Shown: piece by piece, positions 62,016-64,000 of the stretch
Numbering within the stretch: the first letter of the stretch is position 1
Layout: each line of letters begins with the position of its first letter
From: an uncultured Clostridia bacterium
GTDB taxonomy: Bacteria > Bacillota > Clostridia > Christensenellales > UBA1242
Direction: 5' to 3'
Assembly (NCBI GenBank): GCA_944377305.1
Contig: CALWEL010000003.1
Location: 26,902 to 90,901, forward strand
DNA: 64,000 bases
Made by a program: the position numbers and the translations under genes
The notes under the pieces: generated by a model
Told to the model about the DNA's origin: nothing
Database searches by the model: none
Seen by the model: the letters and a program-made list of their open reading frames with translations, nothing else

Positions 62016-62476
62016 GTAACTGACGAAGATTTAAAAGAAGAAATTTTAGATAATCGTTGATGGTGTAAAGTAGAAGATGGATATATTAAAATTAAATGGT
62101 GAAAGGAAAAATAAAGTTCCGTACGACTATGATTCTTAATTTGATATTTTATATTAGTTAAAAATAAAAATTTACCAATTAGTGCAGTGAACCTCCTTAA
62201 GTTGTCTAACTTTTGGGGTGCACCTCATAGTATGGTGAATTTTTTTATGCTTATGTTTCAACATAAAATAAAGTAAATTCAAAGATGAATTAGTGGTTTA
62301 GTTTTATATATATAAATTTGAATTATTTGTTGTTTTGAATAAAAGACGGGTTAAGCGGTCATTAAATAAAATTGAGAAAAAGATTTGTAAAATGCTTGCA
62401 AAAAATGTATTTTGTTTTATATAATATATTTATATACGAATTATTTGCATAAAATAAATTGATTGGGGGAAGATTT

Positions 62477-64000
62477 ATGAAAAGTAAGTTTGAAAAATTT
62501 AAAAAGCTAGGGAGAGGGGTAGCACTTTTACTGATTATAACTTTGTTTTTTAGTGCTTTTCTTTTTCTTAAGCAAGATAAATCAATTTATGCTTCAAACG
62601 AAACCGACTCAGAGATAAGTTTGTTAGCCGAAGGTGAGATCTCTAGCCTAGAGGTTGAAGTAGATTACACCAAGACGAACAAATACGGAGTACAAGGGAT
62701 CTACACTTCGATGGGAGTGCAGGACTTGATAGACGGCGAGTACTTGCGTGTTACCGTTAATTACACCTCTGGAGTTGACGAAGTGATTACCTCTGGATAT
62801 GAGTTAACAATGTCTTCTCAACTTTTTAGTCCAGGTAATGTCAATGAAGTGACTCTTACATACAATGGAGTATCTACCATATTTTTAGTTAATGCTACTA
62901 TGGTACAGATTCAAACCCTAGATATTAATACTGAAGTATTAGATGAAACTGATATTTATGAAAATTTTTTGGTAAATAATTTAAATGAATATATTACGGT
63001 GACTGGTGTAAACAATGATGGTTCGCCGTTCAATGAATCGTCTCCAATTCAATATGATGAAACAGGGACAAATGGATATACTCTGCAGGGTCCATCTTCA
63101 GGGGCGTTGACAGCAGGAACAAATACAATTACTGTATCATACCAGAATGCAACTGGTAGTTTTTCAGTTTCTGCAATTGCACGAGTGATTGAAAGCATAA
63201 CTGCAGTGTTTGATCAGGGCGAAAATATTATATATTCTACAGAAACAATGCTTTCACTGAAAAATTATACGACAGTGACCGCACAATATAATGACGGAAC
63301 TAGTGCTGAAGTCAATATAAGAGATTACACGATTTCGGGTGATTTATTTACAACTGCTGGGGAACTTGAAACTCCTACAGTGACGCGTGTATTGACGGTG
63401 ACATTGAACGCTAATGAAGAGATTTTTGACAATGTGAATGTGGAAGTCACTCCAGATATCCCTACCCGAGTTGAAGTGGAAAATTACAACCCATATTATT
63501 ATGCGCTAGAAGAATTTGATATTGAAGGCGCTTCTGTCAGAGTAAGTTTTGAGCACGGCTCATCTAGGACAGTTACTGACAACTATTATGTGATTTATAA
63601 TGAAGAAGATAATAGATTGCATGTTTCAGATAGATATGTGACAATCGGATATATGGAGAATGGAATAGAAGTCACCACTGAACTTGAAGTCTATGTTGAA
63701 GCACAAACGATTGAAAAAGTGTCAATATCTACCATAGAATTTACATACGCAGTGGATAAAACGCACACTGTGACAATTAATAATTATCAACAAAATTTAA
63801 TGACTATCCAAATGGACTATCCAGATTTAGATATAGATATTGATGAAACAAAGGGCACAGTGTCTGTTACAAATGCAGGAGTAGGGGAATATATTATCAA
63901 AGTGGTATTGAATTCAGACTATGTTTGGGTGGATGGATCAAGTGACCCTATTGAATTGAGATTTAACATTCTGCCAGCATCATTTTCATCTTCGGTGAGC
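62477..64000 (+). CDS. secreted surface protein with repeated Ig-like modules (5' part; runs off the window)
   Basis: Not in the ORF track because no stop is reached. ATG 62477 after GGGGGA stays open for 508 codons to the window end. Signal/TM LLLIITLFFSAFLFL. Recurrent strand patterns: VTLTYNGVSTIFLVNA, ITVSYQNATGSFSVSA, LTVTLNANEEIFDNVNVEV, VTIGYMENGIEVTTELEVYVE. Confidence 0.75.
   Translation, partial: MKSKFEKFKKLGRGVALLLIITLFFSAFLFLKQDKSIYASNETDSEISLLAEGEISSLEVEVDYTKTNKYGVQGIYTSMGVQDLIDGEYLRVTVNYTSGVDEVITSGYELTMSSQLFSPGNVNEVTLTYNGVSTIFLVNATMVQIQTLDINTEVLDETDIYENFLVNNLNEYITVTGVNNDGSPFNESSPIQYDETGTNGYTLQGPSSGALTAGTNTITVSYQNATGSFSVSAIARVIESITAVFDQGENIIYSTETMLSLKNYTTVTAQYNDGTSAEVNIRDYTISGDLFTTAGELETPTVTRVLTVTLNANEEIFDNVNVEVTPDIPTRVEVENYNPYYYALEEFDIEGASVRVSFEHGSSRTVTDNYYVIYNEEDNRLHVSDRYVTIGYMENGIEVTTELEVYVEAQTIEKVSISTIEFTYAVDKTHTVTINNYQQNLMTIQMDYPDLDIDIDETKGTVSVTNAGVGEYIIKVVLNSDYVWVDGSSDPIELRFNILPASFSSSVS

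Noticed and set aside
61968-62110. TGA read as Trp (genetic code 4 or a recoded phage gene).
   Set aside because: TGA clearly terminates host genes such as groES at 10536-10538. The first TGA (62013-62015) is a sensible natural stop of the frameshift-restored ORF. Pseudogene decay explains the rest more simply.

Overview
Strongly AT-rich chromosomal window from an endospore-forming, Clostridia-like Bacillota member. Sporulation markers are a spoVB-type flippase, a YetF/DUF421 gene, spoIIGA-sigE, sigG and a NodB-type deacetylase. The 16S rRNA looks divergent. All family assignments come from motifs read by eye; no searches were run. Housekeeping content: groES-groEL, a T-box-controlled type-2-like valS, rsmA, sepF-lspA-rluD, tig-clpP-clpX, one 16S rRNA gene, tRNA-Gln(CUG), a GT8 glycosyltransferase, cardiolipin synthase and a UDG-superfamily gene. 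Main accessory items: (1) a monocistronic 3,659-codon ORF (16906-27885) for an N-terminally anchored giant surface protein behind a consensus promoter. (2) A phage-derived island of about 10 kb (47.2-57.6 kb) with packaging and head genes plus a holin-type gene, but no integrase, tail or endolysin genes, ending at tRNA-Gln. (3) A 16S gene with its own promoter and a strong terminator about 130 nt after its 3' end, and no 23S/5S downstream. (4) A small island after clpX (34.7-37.1 kb) with an ART-fold-like ORF, an Smr-like ORF, an HExxH ORF and a GC-rich four-hairpin RNA-like element. (5) sigG inverted relative to spoIIGA-sigE. (6) Two more large surface proteins: a 1,093-aa protein with four CBM-like repeats, and a 5'-partial Ig-like repeat protein at the window end. 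No CRISPR array or transposase was seen. Many short antisense ORFs in the track are shadows of real genes.
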